A stretch of 64,000 nucleotides of DNA from an uncultured delta proteobacterium. Its GTDB lineage: Bacteria; Desulfobacterota; Binatia; UBA9968. The notes beneath the pieces were generated by a model, which was given only the letters and a program-made list of their open reading frames with translations, ran no database searches and was not told the origin of the DNA. The DNA lies in NCBI GenBank assembly GCA_963737905.1, contig CAVTUQ010000001.1, forward strand, positions 74,066 to 138,065, in the 5' to 3' direction. The position numbers and the translations under genes were made by a program. Numbering within the stretch: the stretch's first letter is position 1; each line of letters begins with the position of its first letter. This document shows positions 1 through 9,692 of this stretch, piece by piece.

Positions 1-410
1 TGGGACCAAAATGAGCTCGTGCAACCATTAGAGTTCCCCTCGCGGAGTCGCAGCACCACATCATCAATTCCACAAACACGGGCCGCGCTTTCGACGATCG
101 CGTCGAGCACCGGCTGCACGTCCGTGGGCGAGCGGCTGATGATGCCGAGCACCTCGGCGGTCGCCGTCTGGTGCTCCAGGGCCTCGCGCAGCTCTGTGGC
201 AGTCGCCGCCTGGTGCTCCAATGCGTCGGCGAGCTGCTGGTCACGCTCCTGCAATTTTTTAAGAGCTGTGTTCTCCCGCTGCAAAGATTCGGTGAGTTGC
301 TGGCGTAGCTCCGCAATCGTCTGCCCTCGTTTAGCCAGAGTCGTTTTCACCACCGCACGATGTGGTTTTGCCTTGGTATTCTTAGGGCCTTTTTTGGTCG
401 GCGTTACCAT
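1..410 (-). CDS. GAF-domain sensor protein, N-terminal part (runs off window); paralog of 13874..19405
   Basis: Manual translation from ATG at 410: [18 protein letters not shown]...[10 protein letters not shown]...[50 protein letters not shown], closely matching the large kinase. One extra base near 30-39 shifts the frame before MVARAHFGP. Confidence 0.8.
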   Translation of the reverse strand, partial: MVTPTKKGPKNTKAKPHRAVVKTTLAKRGQTIAELRQQLTESLQRENTALKKLQERDQQLADALEHQAATATELREALEHQTATAEVLGIISRSPTDVQPVLDAIVESAARVCGIDDVVLRLREGNSNGCTSSFWS

Positions 411-534
411 AAATGCAAAAAGACCGAAGCCAGGTTGGTTGGTCGGGGAAATTATACTTATGACAGGAGCGGGTTACCCCGTCGCAACAGGTAGATCCCC
501 CGGCGACTGGAGTTGATTCTTACTTCAGGTGGTT

Positions 535-551
535 GGTGGCGTCAAGGAAAG
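535..551 (-). promoter_or_regulatory. 17-bp motif shared upstream of both GAF-kinase paralogs, containing a TTGACG -35-like box
   Basis: GGTGGCGTCAAGGAAAG is identical at 535-551 and 19516-19532, at similar distance upstream of each start codon. Confidence 0.4.
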
Positions 552-591
552 ACGGTCTTGACGCACTCATTTGAAACGCGCTGTGGCCCGG

Positions 592-1203
592 TCAGCTGTA
601 GCGCCTTGATGTGTCTGCGCTTCTGAGTACGTTCTCGATCCGTCGATCCGGTATGAGCCACAGCAGCGCACCGAATACATACAGGCCCAAGGAGATCCAT
701 TGCCGCCAGAAGGCCAAAGGAATGGCCGCGGCGTAAAGCACCAGCGACAGCTTGCCCTTCCAATCGCCGGCGATAGCCTTTTTGAGAATTGAGTCGGGAC
801 CCTGCGACGCAATGATCAGTTGTTGCAATATCAAGTATGCGACCGCGGCCATCAGAAGCACAACACCGTAGAGCGCTGATGGTGCAGCCGCGAAGTGGTT
901 CTCACCCATCCAGCCTGTCGCGAAGGGTATGAGGGATAGCCAGAACAAGAGATGCAGATTCGCCCATAGCATCGGCCCCGTGACTTGTTGACACGCATAC
1001 AGCATGTGGTGGTGGTTATTCCAATAGATACCCAGGTAGACGAAGCTCAGAACGTAGCTCAGGAATACGGGGATCAATGGCACCAACGTCTCGATGCCCT
1101 CGCCGTGGGGCACCTTCATCTCCAACACCATGATGGTGATGATGATGGCGATCACGCCATCACTGAACGCTTCAAGCCGATTCTTTCCCATGCAGAATGA
1201 CAC
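592..1203 (-). CDS. TMEM175 family (DUF1211) potassium channel
   Basis: RLEAFSDGVIAIIITIMVLE signature, YWNNHH, multiple hydrophobic helices. Confidence 0.9.
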   Translation of the reverse strand: MSFCMGKNRLEAFSDGVIAIIITIMVLEMKVPHGEGIETLVPLIPVFLSYVLSFVYLGIYWNNHHHMLYACQQVTGPMLWANLHLLFWLSLIPFATGWMGENHFAAAPSALYGVVLLMAAVAYLILQQLIIASQGPDSILKKAIAGDWKGKLSLVLYAAAIPLAFWRQWISLGLYVFGALLWLIPDRRIENVLRSADTSRRYS

Positions 1204-1263
1204 TCCCGCTCAAAGGAACTTCCACTTTACAAAAATGGCTACCGCGGATGAATGGTCATCAAT

Positions 1264-1290
1264 GGGGTCAAGTATGGAGTTAAGTTAATT
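1264..1290 (-). repeat. REP-like end of a REP-associated tyrosine transposase element
   Basis: Reverse complement AACTCCATACTTGACCCC matches 40295-40312 and 43937-43954. Confidence 0.6.
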
Positions 1291-1357
1291 AGTTAGCCTA
1301 TCACTTAGGCGCGCTTTTCTAATCCCCTAGCAATAGCAAGCCAACTATTCAACTACT

Positions 1358-1453
1358 AAAGCAGCTACGGCAAAGCCTGAAGATTTCATCGATCCGCGTT
1401 TGGTGAAGAAGCTTGAAGAGAGCGGATTTTTCAAAAAACTCGCGGGCCGATAG
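1358..1453 (+). pseudogene. C-terminal remnant of a NitT/TauT-type substrate-binding protein
   Basis: KAATAKPEDFIDPRLVKKLEESGFFKKLAGR* resembles the C-terminus of 56910..57935 (PADFVDASFFREIEKSGLIEQLY); no upstream gene body. Confidence 0.5.
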
Positions 1454-1820
1454 TAGCGAGTTGATCATCTCGCATCCGTTTTGACGCGATATCAGTCAGT
1501 GCTTTGGCGTGGCTTTTTGAAGTTGGAGAGTCGGTCATGCGGAATGGTGACAGTCCTACGAAAGGGATTCTCAGACTTTTGGCGGGGCAACAAAGATAGT
1601 CAATTCGTAGATTCGTTTGCTCACAGGTATATCTGCTTCGTTCTCGTGAACAATTTCTTGGAAACATCATGGAAACATGGTACAGAAACGCGTTGATTTT
1701 CCAAAGTGTTTTCGCAACAAAATAACTCCAAATCCGTAGGTCGTGAGATTCGTTTCTGGGCGCGAGCTAGTACAGGGATGTTTCTCCACGGCTTGATAAG
1801 ACGCACAGATAGTGCCAACA

Positions 1821-2408
1821 ATGCGTAATGTACAATCAATAGCAACCCTGATCAAGGAAGCGGGTCTCGCCACGATCCCTAACCTGCTGTCCTTCGCCCG
1901 GATCGTCGGGGTAACCTTAGCGGTCATTCTCTACTTGGGAGGGCACGGTTGGGTGGCAGTGGCGATCGGCACCGTCGCCGGCCTGACCGACCACCTCGAT
2001 GGCTACCTAGCGCGTCGGCTTAAGCAAGAGACGGCCCTCGGAGCCATGCTGGACCAGGTCGCTGACAGTTTCACAACGGCGATCCTGCTCGCCATGCTCG
2101 TCGTCACGGGCGGTATCCCGTTCGCCTATCTGGTGATCTTCCTGTTAAGGGAGTTCTGGGTTGGCACCGTGAGGCGGTACGGCGCAGCGGTGGGCATCGA
2201 AATCCCGTCGATCGCGCTGGGCAAGATAGCGACCGCGGTGATTTACTGGGCCATTCTGACGGTGGCGATCATTATCCTGCCCGATATGCCCGCGCGGGTC
2301 GTGGCACCGGTGCACTGGATAGGACTTGTGGGCCTGGGCGTGGGTCTGGCCATCAGTTGCCTGACGGGCTTGCGCTATACAATAACTTTGGGGGGGAAGA
2401 TGGTGTGA
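1821..2408 (+). CDS. CDP-alcohol phosphatidyltransferase (PgsA-like)
   Basis: TIPNLLSFARI start; motif DHLDGYLARRLKQETALGAMLDQVAD; REF..GTVRR. Confidence 0.9.
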   Translation: MRNVQSIATLIKEAGLATIPNLLSFARIVGVTLAVILYLGGHGWVAVAIGTVAGLTDHLDGYLARRLKQETALGAMLDQVADSFTTAILLAMLVVTGGIPFAYLVIFLLREFWVGTVRRYGAAVGIEIPSIALGKIATAVIYWAILTVAIIILPDMPARVVAPVHWIGLVGLGVGLAISCLTGLRYTITLGGKMV

Positions 2409-3571
2409 AACCGATATCCACAAATACTACACGGCGCGGCGCCGAAATTTTGCTCTGCCCAGGTCCTGTCATGCTATCCCCTGGCGTCAAGGCAGCACTT
2501 GCCGACTGCGAGATAGGACACCGCGATACGCGCTTCTCGCAGCTGGTTACGCGGGTGCGGTGCAATAGCCGCCACGTCTTCCGCTCTGGAGATGAGCACA
2601 GCATCCTTTTCATCGGCGGACCCGCGACGGCTGCAATTGAAGCGGTGTGTGCCTCGCTCGTGCCACCGGATGCCAGGGTGCTTGTCCCCGTCAACGGGTC
2701 ATTCGGAGCCCGTATCGCGGAGATCCTGAATGTTTACCAGATCCCCCACACAGCGATCGATTTCGGGTTCGGTAAGCCTTTCGATCTGGATCGCATCAAG
2801 GCGGTCATTGCGGAAGAGCGCCGGTGCGGGTTCACTGCCGTGGCGATGACCCACCATGAGACGTCAGCGGGCCTGCTCAACCCGGTGGCGGCCGTCGGTG
2901 CCCTGGCGCGGCAGCACGGCCTGAAACTGATCGTCGACGCCACGTCGAGCGCAGGCGTCGAGGACCTGGATGTAACGCGCGATGGGATCGACGCGTGCAT
3001 CACGACCTCCGGAAAATGCCTGCATGCGGCGCCGGGGCTCAGCCTTGTCTGCGTGCGACGCGACCTGCTTGAAATGTCCAGGCTAATACGCCCGCGCAGT
3101 TATTCGGTGGACCTGCATCGTTTCCATGACCAGATGGAATTCAACCGCCAGACGCCCTTCACAGCCTCTGTACCCTTGTTCCTTGCGCTCGACCGCGCGC
3201 TTGAAGAACTTCTCGATCGGGGCATCGATGAACGACGACGCGTCTACTGGCGACGCCGCGAAATACTGGCGGCGGGAATGGTACGGCTGGGGTTACCTCT
3301 GTTGCCGTTGCCAACGGGGAGTGAAGCCGCCTCGATTCTGACGGTCGGCGTTCCGGAAACACTCGGCTTCGACGCGCTTTACGCGGCCGTCAAAAATCGT
3401 GGCTACCTCATCTATGCCTGCAAGCCGCCGCTGGCGCCGAACTACTTCCAAATCGCGGTCATGGGAGAATTGGCGGACGATGAGCTTCATGAATTTCTCG
3501 AGATTTTGCAGTCGTTGATGACCACCGTGCCGGCGCGTTACCTCCCCTATGCTAGGTTAGCCCGCGGGTGA
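2405..3571 (+). CDS. Class V PLP aminotransferase, 2-aminoethylphosphonate transaminase (PhnW/AepZ)-like
   Basis: LLCPGPV, HHETSAGLLNP, IVDATSSAG, PLP lysine in TSGKCLH, QTPFT, GYLIY. GTG start overlaps the upstream stop (GTGA). Confidence 0.85.
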   Translation: MKPISTNTTRRGAEILLCPGPVMLSPGVKAALADCEIGHRDTRFSQLVTRVRCNSRHVFRSGDEHSILFIGGPATAAIEAVCASLVPPDARVLVPVNGSFGARIAEILNVYQIPHTAIDFGFGKPFDLDRIKAVIAEERRCGFTAVAMTHHETSAGLLNPVAAVGALARQHGLKLIVDATSSAGVEDLDVTRDGIDACITTSGKCLHAAPGLSLVCVRRDLLEMSRLIRPRSYSVDLHRFHDQMEFNRQTPFTASVPLFLALDRALEELLDRGIDERRRVYWRRREILAAGMVRLGLPLLPLPTGSEAASILTVGVPETLGFDALYAAVKNRGYLIYACKPPLAPNYFQIAVMGELADDELHEFLEILQSLMTTVPARYLPYARLARG

Positions 3572-3577
3572 TCAAAA

Positions 3578-4075
3578 TTGACAGGAAAAGAAGTGTCACC
3601 GGCCGTCAACGCGGGGGTATTCTGCAGCTGGCGCCATTTTCTCGCGTTCGGTCTCGGTAGCGGACTGGCCAGGTTTGCGCCGGGCACGTTCGGCACCCTC
3701 GTTGCAATCGCCTTCTATCTTCCCCTGAGCCAGCAGCCGCACTGGCTCTATGCAATCTGCGTGTTTTGCGCCTTTGCCTTTGGTGTCTGGCTTTGTCAAA
3801 GCGTCACGCATGACCTCGGTGTGCACGACCATGGCGGCATCGTGTGGGACGAGTTCGTCGGTTACTGGATCACGATGTTCCTCGTGCCCGTTAGCTGGGG
3901 CACGGTCCTGGCCGGCTTTGCGCTGTTTCGCCTGCTCGACATCTGGAAACCATGGCCGATTTGCTGGATCGACAAGCACGTGCAAGGCGGCCTCGGCATC
4001 ATGCTGGATGATGTGATTGCCGGCGCGGCTGCCTGTATTATCCTGCACTCCCTTCGCGCGGGCGCCGGGTTTTGA
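3578..4075 (+). CDS. pgpA: Phosphatidylglycerophosphatase A
   Basis: GSGLARFAPGTFGTL, HDHGGIVWDEFVG, FRLLDIWKPWPI, GGLGIMLDDVIAG. Confidence 0.93.
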   Translation: MTGKEVSPAVNAGVFCSWRHFLAFGLGSGLARFAPGTFGTLVAIAFYLPLSQQPHWLYAICVFCAFAFGVWLCQSVTHDLGVHDHGGIVWDEFVGYWITMFLVPVSWGTVLAGFALFRLLDIWKPWPICWIDKHVQGGLGIMLDDVIAGAAACIILHSLRAGAGF

Positions 4076-4128
4076 ACCATCGGCCGTTGTCGTTCTCGAA
4101 ATCAAGCCACCGTGCAGCTACTGTTGAA

Positions 4129-4354
4129 CCCGGATTCCGCAGTTGCCGGAAGCGAGGTGGAATCCTGGAGCAGCGAAGGCGTCCGACTGTGAAGTTTCAA
4201 AGTCATTTTGCGCTTTCGCACGTCGTTGCTATGAGGCTCGACATCCCCTCGAAGCACCGCTGATAGATGTCTGCTCAGAGGCAGAAACCCATCGACTTCG
4301 CTGCGGAAGGGTTGCGCCTCGCGCTTCTTGTCGATCGCAACTGCGGAATCCGGG
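4129..4354. mobile_element. MITE, ends resembling IS1380 family
   Basis: Perfect 18-bp terminal inverted repeats CCCGGATTCCGCAGTTGC, flanked by direct repeat TTGAA (4124-4128, 4355-4359); no transposase. Confidence 0.8.
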
Positions 4355-4679
4355 TTGAACGGTGTGAGAGATACGTACGTGACAGAGCCGAGTTTCCGTG
4401 TCTCGTATAGTGAACACATTGGTATCAGAACGCTATTCAAGTCTACTATCAGCGATGGTATCGACAAGGGGTTGTAACGATCGATGTTAGTCTGCGACTC
4501 TGGCCGTTTTTCTATTGGAAGCTGGCCAGATGCATTAATCCATGATAGACCATCCGAACACCATGCAGAAAAAATATGCGAATTTCAGGGACAAGATAAA
4601 AGCACCTGAAGACTTTATTGAACTGTGTGCGAGCCGAAGCCTGGTGTACCGTACCAGTGTTGCTGGTGAGTCTCATTAG

Positions 4680-5588
4680 ATGAGGCGTGTTTTCAACATA
4701 AGCATCTACGGCACTGGAGGGCTACTTCTGCTTATCTTGCTGTTACCTTCTTGTGCAACGACGCAGCTTCATTCAACACCACCCGTGCACTACTATCAGA
4801 ATTCAAGCATTCCGTATCATGCTGACCAGCATTCCAATGAACACGGTCTCAGGGTCATGACGCTGAACTTAGCCCACGGGCGAGGGACCAGTTTTCATCA
4901 ATTGCTGCTGCATTCAGCCGAGATTGTGAAAAACCTAGATAATATAGACAAACTACTGAACCAGGCAGCACCGGATATCGCTGCTTTTCAGGAGATCGAT
5001 GGGCCTTCGTTCTGGAGTGGCAATTTCAACCACGTTGAATATCTTGCAAGTCACAGCATGTTTGCCCGTTCGATTCAGGCGTCACACGTTGATGCGATAG
5101 GACTTTCCTATGGTACAGCACTGATGTCACGACAGGAGATGTCGAATCCGCAGGCGGTTACATTTAACCCCTTACTTACACTGGTACCCACGGGTTTTGT
5201 GGTATCGACCATTAGTTGGCCGGGAAGGGACAGTGTCGACATTGATGTAGTTTCTGTTCATCTGGATTTCATGAGTGGTTGGGTCAGGAAAAAACAGGCA
5301 GACGAACTGATTGCAGTTTTACGTGCCAGAAACAATCACCTAATTATCATCATGGGCGACATGAACTCAGGATGGCAGGACTCGGCACCACAGTACCTGG
5401 TTGAGAAACTTGGGCTGAAGGCGTACCAGCCGGAAAACAGCAGCCTGATCACTTTTCCCCTGCTTGGCAAACGCCTGGACTGGGTCCTGATATCACCCGG
5501 TCTTGAGTTTTCTTCCTATGAAGTTGTCGGAACCGATATTTCCGATCATCGTGGTATACTTGCCGAGCTTACACTTTCTAGCGGGTAA
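4680..5588 (+). CDS. Endonuclease/exonuclease/phosphatase (EEP) family protein, probable lipoprotein
   Basis: LRVMTLNL, AFQEID, SVHLD, MGDMN, RLDWVL, SDHRG motifs; hydrophobic leader ending LPSC. Confidence 0.85.
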   Translation: MRRVFNISIYGTGGLLLLILLLPSCATTQLHSTPPVHYYQNSSIPYHADQHSNEHGLRVMTLNLAHGRGTSFHQLLLHSAEIVKNLDNIDKLLNQAAPDIAAFQEIDGPSFWSGNFNHVEYLASHSMFARSIQASHVDAIGLSYGTALMSRQEMSNPQAVTFNPLLTLVPTGFVVSTISWPGRDSVDIDVVSVHLDFMSGWVRKKQADELIAVLRARNNHLIIIMGDMNSGWQDSAPQYLVEKLGLKAYQPENSSLITFPLLGKRLDWVLISPGLEFSSYEVVGTDISDHRGILAELTLSSG

Positions 5589-5832
5589 ATAATGGTGGTG
5601 GAGTCGCCAGTGTATGGCGACATTTCGCTCTAATCGCCTCACTTGTGTGCTCCTATGATGCAAAAAGCGGATTGACCGTCCTGTCGTGCAGGCAATCCAG
5701 TTCGGCCACCGCCCTGTTGGGCATGTCGCGGCACAGTTTGTCCACCTGCAGGACAAGGCACTGTGTCTAGAGCGGTTTTTTTGCCAGCCCGATACCACGC
5801 GACAGGGTCAGCTCACATAAAGAATCCAAATT

Positions 5833-6555
5833 TCAATGTTCAGAATAAAAAACAATCTTTTTAATAAAGGCGTCGGCGCCACCTTTTGTGTCGTCGGTGT
5901 TCATTTCAAACGCAAAGCCTGTGATGGGCGGCGTCTTTTCCTGTTTGAAAACGTCTTTAAATCGATTGTTGACTTCAAATCTGGTGACAATCGTTTGCCC
6001 CATAGGCGCGCCATTGGATACACAAAAGTAGCGCCCCCCTTCCTGGTATAACGTACCGAGGTACATTCTATTTACCTGTTCTTTCTCGCCGATGAACGCA
6101 CTAAGGAAGTACGGAGCGTCCTTGATGCCCAAAGGCAAGCCGCTACTCAACTTCTTGTCGCCAAAACTGAAAATGACGCCAATCGGCACCCGTTTTTTTC
6201 CTTGTGCCCAGTCTGCACCGATGGGAAAGCGGTTTACACCCCATTCAATAGCAATATGATTTACGTCGCCAACGTAATTTGGCTTGCCAAACTTTAATCC
6301 GAACATGGCTGTCAAATCTTCGTTCGTGCTGATGCGCAGCCCCTCATTCTCAAACTTCAAATGCAATCTCTTTGCATCGAGAAACTCATCGAATCCCTGC
6401 TTCTTAAGCCATGTGGATGCATCGATATTCTCTTTCTGGCCGAAATCCATGGTGTATAGAGCCTTGGGTTCGGCACCCGCGGATAGTATCTCACCCATGA
6501 TTAGGGCGATTCCAAATATCGTAGCACATAGGCACTTCTTGGAATTTGTGTTCAC
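5833..6555 (-). CDS. Exported hypothetical protein, possibly DUF3047-like
   Basis: Signal peptide; WGVNRFPIGAD and C-terminal ITGFAFEMNTDDT..ADAFIKKIVF pattern. Family call is tentative. Confidence 0.6.
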   Translation of the reverse strand: MNTNSKKCLCATIFGIALIMGEILSAGAEPKALYTMDFGQKENIDASTWLKKQGFDEFLDAKRLHLKFENEGLRISTNEDLTAMFGLKFGKPNYVGDVNHIAIEWGVNRFPIGADWAQGKKRVPIGVIFSFGDKKLSSGLPLGIKDAPYFLSAFIGEKEQVNRMYLGTLYQEGGRYFCVSNGAPMGQTIVTRFEVNNRFKDVFKQEKTPPITGFAFEMNTDDTKGGADAFIKKIVFYSEH

Positions 6556-6633
6556 GCCATCTGTCCCTTATCGGTTATTGGTCATGACAAGCACTGAAAA
6601 GCATATATCCCTTTGAGAACAAGTCAAATGGGG

Positions 6634-7395
6634 TCACCTTGCCGTTCTTGCCGGGGAGCGGCGGAGCCATTCGTCGAGACCGATGCGGCCTAGGCGCGCT
6701 TCCCCCAAAGGCACGAGCGAGCGCTCCTCGACCCGGCTGCCGTAGTATCGGGCCTCGGGGTCACTCACGACCTCACGCGGGTCGCCGACCGCCTTCAGAT
6801 AGCGGGCGACGATTTCGTTGAACGGTGCTCGTTCCGGGCCGGCGACCTCGACGATGCCGTTGCGCGGCGCCGCGAGCGCCACCTCGGCAACGGTGGCAGC
6901 AACGTCGTCCGCTGCGATAGGCTGGAACAGGCCCGCCGAAAGCTTGACTATGTTTCCACTCGTACCTGAAGTGGCTATGCCGGCGAGGAATTCCATGAAC
7001 TGCGTCGAGCGGACGATGGTATAGGGGATGCCGGACTTCTCGATCAGTTTCTCTTGGGCGACCTTGGCGCGGAAATACCCATTGTCGGGCGACCGGTCGG
7101 TTCCGACGATGGAAAGCGCGACATGGTGCCGAACGTCGGCTGTAGCCTCCGCCGCGAGAAGGTTGCGGCCGGAGGTCTCGAAGAATTCCAACACCGCCTT
7201 GTCCTCCCACGAAGGCGCGTTCGCCAGGTCGACGACAACCTGAGCGCCGGCAAGCGCTTTCGCCAGCCCCTCACCCGTGATGGTGTTGACGCCGGTATTG
7301 GGCGAGGCGGCGAGGGCCTCATGGCCGCCCTGGCGCAGAATGGGGATGGTCTTCGAGCCGATTAGGCCGGTGCCGCCGATGACGACGATTTTCAT
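6634..7395 (-). CDS. NmrA/SDR-like NAD(P)-binding oxidoreductase
   Basis: MKIVVIGGTGLIGS Rossmann motif, YFRAK, RSTQFMEF; GGAG ribosome site upstream. Confidence 0.88.
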   Translation of the reverse strand: MKIVVIGGTGLIGSKTIPILRQGGHEALAASPNTGVNTITGEGLAKALAGAQVVVDLANAPSWEDKAVLEFFETSGRNLLAAEATADVRHHVALSIVGTDRSPDNGYFRAKVAQEKLIEKSGIPYTIVRSTQFMEFLAGIATSGTSGNIVKLSAGLFQPIAADDVAATVAEVALAAPRNGIVEVAGPERAPFNEIVARYLKAVGDPREVVSDPEARYYGSRVEERSLVPLGEARLGRIGLDEWLRRSPARTAR

Positions 7396-7588
7396 ATGTG
7401 ATCTCCTTTCTGTAGTCGCCCGCAATTCGGGCGAGTGTTCAAGTGCACTTCAGATTCGTATTACGTTTAGCGCGTATCCGTGTAAGAACGTTGCCAATGT
7501 TTATGAACCATGAACAGCTCGTTTCTCCTCTGTCTTTCCAGTGCTCCGTCGACGATAATTCGGAGCAAGCGGCAAAATGCTGCCCCAG

Positions 7589-8020
7589 TCACTTCACTGG
7601 CACGAGCGCCGGAGCGCCCTTGTCCTTGATCATGAACACAACGAATTTTGCTGGCTGGGTTTTGCTTGCGTTCCGGTCAACGGTATGAACATCGTCGGGG
7701 CCTTCATAGAAGGTCTGTCCTGGCGTCAGCGTAACTTCTTTTCCACCCTTCACTTGCATCACAACGGAGCCCTCCAGTACGTAAAGCATCGCATGTGCAT
7801 TGTGTCGGTGGGCAGGGTTCGACCCGCCGGGCACATGCTCCACCGCGATCATCAGAAGTTCCTTGCCAGGGAAGTCCTTCAGATCTTTCGACATGAGAGA
7901 CGTTACCTTGGCCTCCTGAGCCATCAAGGTGCCGGCAATGAGAGATAGACCAACACTCAGGAAGAGGGTTAATACGAGGTACTCAACTCTCGTGAACCAA
8001 CAATCGGTTGCGTGCTTCAT
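7589..8020 (-). CDS. Exported cupin-domain protein
   Basis: Signal peptide; PAHRHNAHAMLYVLEG and PGQTFYEGPDDVH cupin motifs. Confidence 0.88.
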   Translation of the reverse strand: MKHATDCWFTRVEYLVLTLFLSVGLSLIAGTLMAQEAKVTSLMSKDLKDFPGKELLMIAVEHVPGGSNPAHRHNAHAMLYVLEGSVVMQVKGGKEVTLTPGQTFYEGPDDVHTVDRNASKTQPAKFVVFMIKDKGAPALVPVK

Positions 8021-8323
8021 TATGGCGTCTCCTTCTCGGTATTGTTAAATATGTTGTGCCCGGTGCCACTCCTTTGACCAAACTTTCGCGCCGGTCCTCC
8101 TATGGTCTTAACACGCTAATGATTTGCGTCAAGTAAATTCATTGTTAAGAAAACTTAGAATTTTTGATGTTTCTATGCAGAATTTTTCTGACTTTATTTT
8201 TTTCTTAAATCGGTTTGGCTTTTCATGCACCTATTTCATGGCTGGTGCCATCGGCTTGACCTAGAATTGCGGAGTTGAAGGTTATTCGACTCTATTCCTC
8301 GCTAGCTTGTCTGGAACAACCTC

Positions 8324-8593
8324 ATGGACGATATTTCTCTGCAGCAGTTCACCGCGATGGACCAGGCGACCAATGTGGCGAGCTACGTTCACGCGCTTGA
8401 AGCCTTCGACGGTATCGAACAGTTGCAGGAGCTAAAAGTGATCGCCCGCCTGCGCGGTGGGATTGCACGCGGATGCAGCATTCTTGATGTCGGCTGCGGT
8501 TTCGGGCTGGAGACCCTGCGGCTTGCCAGTCTAATGGCAACGAGCGGCAAGGTGGCCGGCATTGAAAACAGCGTCGACTTTATTGCAGAGACG
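8324..8593 (+). pseudogene. Truncated class I SAM-dependent methyltransferase
   Basis: ILDVGCGFG motif I and GKVAGIE motif II; methyltransferase-like sequence stops at the att-like site near 8594. Confidence 0.7.
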
Positions 8594-8730
8594 CACACGA
8601 GGATTGCAGATCCTTTGCGGGCGGTATCTGCATTAAGCGAAAGAGACGATACGAGAATTGCTAATCCTCGTGTCACGTCTAACCCGAAGAGGACACAACA
8701 GAATTTTTCTACTTTGCCACTACTTTGTCA
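8594..8730. other. att-like region: two tRNA-Phe-like dyad cores plus arm-type direct repeats
   Basis: CACGAGGA-TTGCAGA-TCCT (8596-8614), GATACGAGAA-TTGCTAA-TCCTCGTGTC (8648-8674), ACTTTGCCA/ACTTTGTCA (8711-8730). Confidence 0.6.
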
Positions 8731-8780
8731 TAGGCAAACAGCTATGGGAAAATGAATCTTGCCACTTGGGAAGAAACGAA

Positions 8781-9320
8781 ATAGCAGGATTGAAAGGCAA
8801 AAGCGGACCTCCAGGCAATATGAACGCCTTCAAGCATGGGCTGGCGGCGATTCAGAAACGGCGGGAGGAGGGCATTCCCACCGAGCACGAGGAAAGCGTC
8901 AGGCAGCAAATTTTCGATGAACTGATAGCCGACAAGGGCGGGGATGAGCAGATATCGACCGCTACCAGGAATCTTGCCGAGGTTATCGCCAGTGACGCCT
9001 CCTGACTTATGGTCTTTAACGGTCCCATCGACCAGATCATCCAGAGCAACCAAAAGGTCCGGCAAAACCCGCGTGGTCTTCATCAATTGGACGGCTACAA
9101 GCGCGGCCTGGTTAACAGCCTTACCGGCAACCTCCAGAAATTTGGCCTGGATAGAATTCCTCAGGTCAAGACTCTAGAGGACCTGCTTCAGGACGATGAA
9201 ACCATCGAGAATCCCACCCAGGATTGTCCAGAAGCAATGAACGCAACGCAAGATAAAATCCCGACGGCTCCCCACCTGATGCGACAGACTGGATCGACGC
9301 CGAGCACCGCGTTCTCATAG
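8781..9320 (+). pseudogene. Phage terminase-small-subunit-like gene, decayed (copy 1)
   Basis: GKSGPPGNMNAFKHG motif; start is ATA where copy 2 has ATG; in-frame TGA at 9003-9005. Confidence 0.55.
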
Positions 9321-9368
9321 TATCTCACGTTTGACAGTGACTTAACATTTTGTTAAGTTCAACGACAC

Positions 9369-9670
9369 GTGGCCGACAGAGCCAAACCACTCAGTGATGG
9401 GGATATTTCCAAGGTCATCAGCCATGCCCTTGACCGGGGTGCGGTGCTGCCGAGCAATCATTTCCGTCGACGGATGCGCGAACGCAATTTCGACATGCAG
9501 GACACTGTAGCAGCGCTCGAGGAACGGAGGCGAATCAAGGCTGTTGGAACGATATCGCTCATACATGGAACTATGACGTAAGAGGCCACGATCTCGATGG
9601 AAACGAGCTAACCATAAGGATAGTGCCCACCGACGATGACACCGGAATCGTCTTGGTGACAGGCTTTTAG
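9369..9670 (+). CDS. DUF4258-like toxin (frameshift near 9545)
   Basis: SNHFRRRMRERNF; adding one T restores ...AVWNDIAHTWNYDVRGHDLDGNELTIRIV...IVLVTGF*. Lies directly upstream of the antitoxin. Confidence 0.7.
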
Positions 9671-9692
9671 GTGCTGGATAAGAGGAGCGATC

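Noticed and set aside
19-516. 165-aa plus-strand ORF
   Set aside because: Antisense shadow of the GAF gene at 1..410.
1821-4075. Phosphonate biosynthesis or AEP catabolism cluster
   Set aside because: No pepM, ppd, phnX or phnA in the window. They could be elsewhere, so this is not excluded, only unsupported here.
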